In this document: positions 56,803 through 60,485 of the stretch, piece by piece | How positions within the stretch are numbered: position 1 is the first letter of the stretch | Layout of the letters: the number at the start of each line of letters is the position of its first letter | DNA from: Octopus sinensis | Lineage: Eukaryota | Assembly (NCBI RefSeq): GCF_006345805.1 | Contig: NW_021832613.1 | Span: forward strand, 1 to 60,485 | Direction: 5' to 3' | Length of the DNA stretch: 60,485 nt | Notes under the pieces: model-generated | What the model saw: the letters and a program-made list of their open reading frames with translations, nothing else | Database searches by the model: none | What the model was told of the DNA's origin: nothing | Made by a program: the position numbers and the translations under genes

Positions 56803-56830
56803 ATATATTGTATATATATATATAATATAT
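51979..56830. repeat. ~4.8-kb imperfect (TA)n microsatellite domain with embedded non-repeat islands (52735-53115, 53575-53980)
   Basis: Directly visible; variant units tattg, caata, cagta, cggta, gata. Confidence 0.95.
52735..53115 (+). mobile_element. 3' end of a second CR1-group LINE
   Basis: FRGPQLFNILP...FKTKLDLFL..VPDEP...AASNSL across a frameshift; 3' UTR hairpin; (ttttaagga)2 tail. Confidence 0.75.
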
Positions 56831-59800
56831 CATCATCATCATCGTTTAGCGTCCGTTTTCCATGCTAGCATGGATTGGACGGTTCTACTGGGGTCTGTGA
56901 AGCCAGATGGCTTCATCAGGCCAGTCAAATCTGGCAGTGTTTTCTACGGCTGGATGCCCTTCCTAACGCCAACCACTCCGTGAGTGTAGTGGGGGTTTTT
57001 TTACGTGCCACCCGCATAGGTGCCAGACAGATCTGGCAAACGGCCACGAACGGATGGTGCTTTTTATGTGCCACCGGCATGAGGCCAGTGGGGCGGCGCA
57101 GGCAACGGTCGCAAAACGGAAGGTTCTCTTACATGCCACCGGCACTGGTAACACATCTGCAATTTCCATTGATCGATTTCCATTGATCGATTTCGATTCT
57201 GATCCTCACTTGCCTCAACAGGTCTTCACAAGTAGAGTTTCGACATGCCACCGGCACTGGTAACACATCTGCAATTTCCATTGAACGATTTCGATTCTGA
57301 TCCTCACTTGCCTCAACAAGTCTTCACAAGTAGAGTTTTGTGTCCCAAGAGGGAAGGTATGCATACGTAGGCTGGCTCCATCCCATGTAGAAGGCCACGG
57401 GTTATGGACTCACTTGTCCTGCCGGGTCTTCTCGCGCACAGCACACTTCCAGAGGTCTCGGTCTCTAGTCATTTCCTCAGTGAGACCTAAAGTTTGAAGG
57501 TCGTGCTTCACCACCTCGTCCCAGGTTTTCCTGGGTCTGCCTCTCCCGCAGGTTCCCTCAACTGCTAGGGTGTGGCACTTTTTCACACAACTATCTTCAT
57601 CCATTCTCGCCACATGACCATACCAGCGCAAACGTCCAGCTTTTCTCTCAAGGTACTTACACTCTGCCGAGTATGAGTACTGACATTACACATCCATCGG
57701 AGCATACTGGCTTCATTTCTTGCGAGCTTACGCATGTCCTCAGCAGTCACGGCCCATGTTTCACTGCCATGTAGCATGGCTGTTCGTACACACGCATCAT
57801 ACAGTCTGCCTTTCACTCTGTGCGAGAGGCCTTTTGTCAAAAGCAGAGGTAAGAGCTCTCTGAACTTTGCCCAAGCTATTCTTACTCTAGCAGTTACACT
57901 TTCAGCACACCCGCCCCCGCTGCTGACTTGGTCACCTAGGTAACGGAAACTATCAACTATTTCTAGTTTTACTCCCTGGAAAGTGACGGAAGTTGGTCTC
58001 AGAGCATTTTCAGTGTTTATTGTTCCTGAGCATCTGCTACATACAAAAACCATCTTCCTAGTTCGCCTTCCTTTGACATTGCTGCACATCTTATGTGTCC
58101 ATAGCTTACACTTGGTGCATCTTATAGAGTTTCTACCTACACCTTTTCTACAGATTGAGCAGGGCCATCTACCTGAAGGCGTTTGTGATTTGTCTACCTT
58201 CCTACTGATTACGACTTTGGTTTTAGCTAGATTGACTCTGAGGCCCTTCGATTCTAATCCTTGTTTCCACACCTGAAACTTCTCCTCCAGTTCTGATAGC
58301 GACTCAGCAATTAGAGCAAGGTCATCAGCATAGAGGAGCTCCCAAGGGCATCCTGTCTTCAATTCCTCCGTTATTGCCTGGAGGACTATGATAAATAGGA
58401 GGGGGCTGAGGACTGAGCCTTGGTGGACCCCTACCTCTACCCGGAATTCTGCACTGTACTCGTTGCCAACCCTCACCTTACTAGCAGCGTCCCTGTACAT
58501 GGCTTGCACAGCTCTCACTAACCATTCATCTATCCCTAGTTTCCTCATTGCCCACCAGATAAGGGATCGGGGGACCCTGTCGAAGGCTTTCTCCATGTCA
58601 ACAAAAGCCAGGTACAGGGGCTTATCTTTGGCTAGGTATTTCTCCTGCAGCTGCCTTACCAGGATTATAGCATCAGTAGTACTTTTCCCTGGCACAAACC
58701 CAAACTGCATCTCATCTAAACTAACTCTCTCTCTAATTAGTTGGGCTATGACCTGATCCAACAGCTTGATACCTCTGTAGTTATTTGTATCTAGGGCGTC
58801 ACCTTTACCTTTGTAGCAGTTGACTATTATGCTGCTACACCAGTCATTGGGTATGACTCCTTTGTGTATCACCTGATTAACTATACGGGTGACTAGGCTA
58901 TAGCCGACACTACCAGACATTTTGAGCATCTCTGCAGTGATTCCTGATGGGCCTGGGCTTTCCCTGTCTTCATGCTTCTAATTGCCTTAGCTACCACGGA
59001 ACTATCAACTCGAATAGCTGGTCCCTCTGTTGGGTCAACATTCGGCAGACTCTCTTTATCCATTCATTTTCTTTATCAGCAACCTTTCATAGTGGCATCT
59101 CCAAACCTCTCTCTTTGCATCCTCATTTAGCGCAAGTGAACCATCTTCCATGCGAACACACTCTCTCCTACCACATCACGATTCTCTCTCACACACTGTC
59201 TTGCAACGCGAAACACCTCCAGTCTTTGGTCCTCACGGCGCAGAACATTGGCAAATTTTTTCTTATCTGCTTCCCCTCTGGCTAAATAAACCTGTCTCCT
59301 AGCTTCTCTTTTGGCAGTCTGATACAATTCCCTGCTACCCCCATTTTTCCAGACCTTCATTCCTGTCTCTTTTCTCTAATAGCCCTATCTACAATATTGT
59401 TCCACCACCACGTTATTCTAGGTCGAGAGGGGACTTTGCACCAGCCACAGATCTGGTCAGTGGCTCTCAGCAGGTGTCCCTTAGAAACGTCCAGCTGTCT
59501 TTCCCCTGTGATGCTCTATCCCCTTCTACTTCGTCAAAGGCTTCAAGTAATATGTCCCTAAATCTCTGTCCATTTGCAGGATCTTTAAGCTTCAGATCCT
59601 TCTTCTCCATATTGGTCGTCTTCTGGTTGTCCTCCTAGTCCTGATCCTAATGTCACTAACTACCAGTCTATGTTGTGGGGTACATTCTTCACCTGGAAGG
59701 TTTTGGCATTTATAAGCAGCCATCTCTCCCTTTGCTTTGCAAGGATGTAGTCAATTTGGCTGGTATGTTGGCCCGATCGGTAAGTGACTAGGTGGCTGGT

Positions 59801-60330
59801 AGGTTTCCTGAAGTTAGTGTTGCAAATCATAAGATTATTTGCATCGCAGAACTCCAGCAGCCTGGTCCCTCCTCGTTGCGGGAGCCATAGCTATAGCCTC
59901 CATGTACGCCATGGAAGCCCCCAGCATGTCGTCCAACGTGACCATTGAAGTCACCAGCCACAAAGATAAGGTCTCTGTCGTTCGTCAACGAGGTAGTCTG
60001 CAGTAGAGTGTCATAGAATCGGTCTTTCTGTCCATCGGGTAACCCCGGCTGAGGAGCATAGGCCGATATAATGGTTGCTAATCCATGATGAAGCACTAAT
60101 CTAATCTTAAGTATTCTGTCACATACTCTGATTACCTCAATTACTTTATCTACCCATTTCTCAGCGATAAGTATACCCACGCCACCAACCCCGTCAGTGT
60201 TCCCTGCCCAGAAAATCTTGTACCTGCGTTCCTTGCCTGTGAGGAACCTAGCTGATCCTCCTCTCCACCTTATTTCTTGCATGCAACATATATCCACACA
60301 TCTCCGTTTAAGCATCTCGACTATCTCAAT
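56831..60330 (-). mobile_element. RTE-clade LINE copy 2, near full length, frameshifted
   Basis: EN (QEIRW, SAYAPQ, AGDFNGH), RT (YADD), PHD finger, (GAT)n tail; same family as 27314-30647. Confidence 0.93.
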
Positions 60331-60354
60331 ATATTGTATATATATACATACATA

Positions 60355-60485
60355 TTACTCTTTTACTCTTTTATTTGTTTCAGTCATTTGACTGCGGCCA
60401 TGCTGGAGCACCGCCTTTAGTCGAGCAAATCGACCCTGTACTTATTCTAAGCCCAGTACTTATTCTATCGGTCTCTTTTGCCGAA
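60355..60485 (-). mobile_element. SINE 3' tail, running off the window
   Basis: Matches 5611-5745. Confidence 0.85.

Noticed and set aside
52246-56983. Many Ile/Tyr-rich ORFs
   Set aside because: They are translations of (TA)n, which lacks stops in some frames.

Overview
Eukaryotic, AT-rich, repeat-dense DNA, most likely from an octopus (inferred from the SINE/RTE families and the tandem C2H2 zinc-finger cluster; not confirmed by search). The window is a patchwork of segmental duplications of one unit: ETS/NRF1-motif promoter, non-coding exon 1, intron, single coding exon with a C2H2 finger array, degenerate-finger 3' tail, mariner remnant, Gypsy LTR element. Unit 1 is ~6.5-15.6 kb (+), unit 2 ~23.5-32.7 kb (-, inverted) and unit 3 ~32.7-44.1 kb (+). 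Further ZNF fragments lie at 16-19 kb and 49.6-52 kb. Only one finger ORF (36635-37504) looks undamaged. Interspersed elements: a full-length frameshifted L1/Tx1 LINE with TSD inserted in a ZNF exon-1 copy, two long RTE LINEs with an in-frame PHD finger, CR1-group fragments, three SINE families, a Tc1/mariner MITE, four non-autonomous Helitrons and a ~4.8 kb imperfect (TA)n tract. Most notable observations: (1) a ZNF coding region flipped relative to its own splice acceptor between 52-bp inverted repeats; (2) two more apparent inversions breaking in ZNF genes; (3) a chimeric, integrase-less Gypsy whose 3' LTR replaces a ZNF promoter; (4) whole-finger gain, loss and transfer between paralogs. 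Identities are estimated by eye and boundaries are approximate unless exact motifs are quoted.
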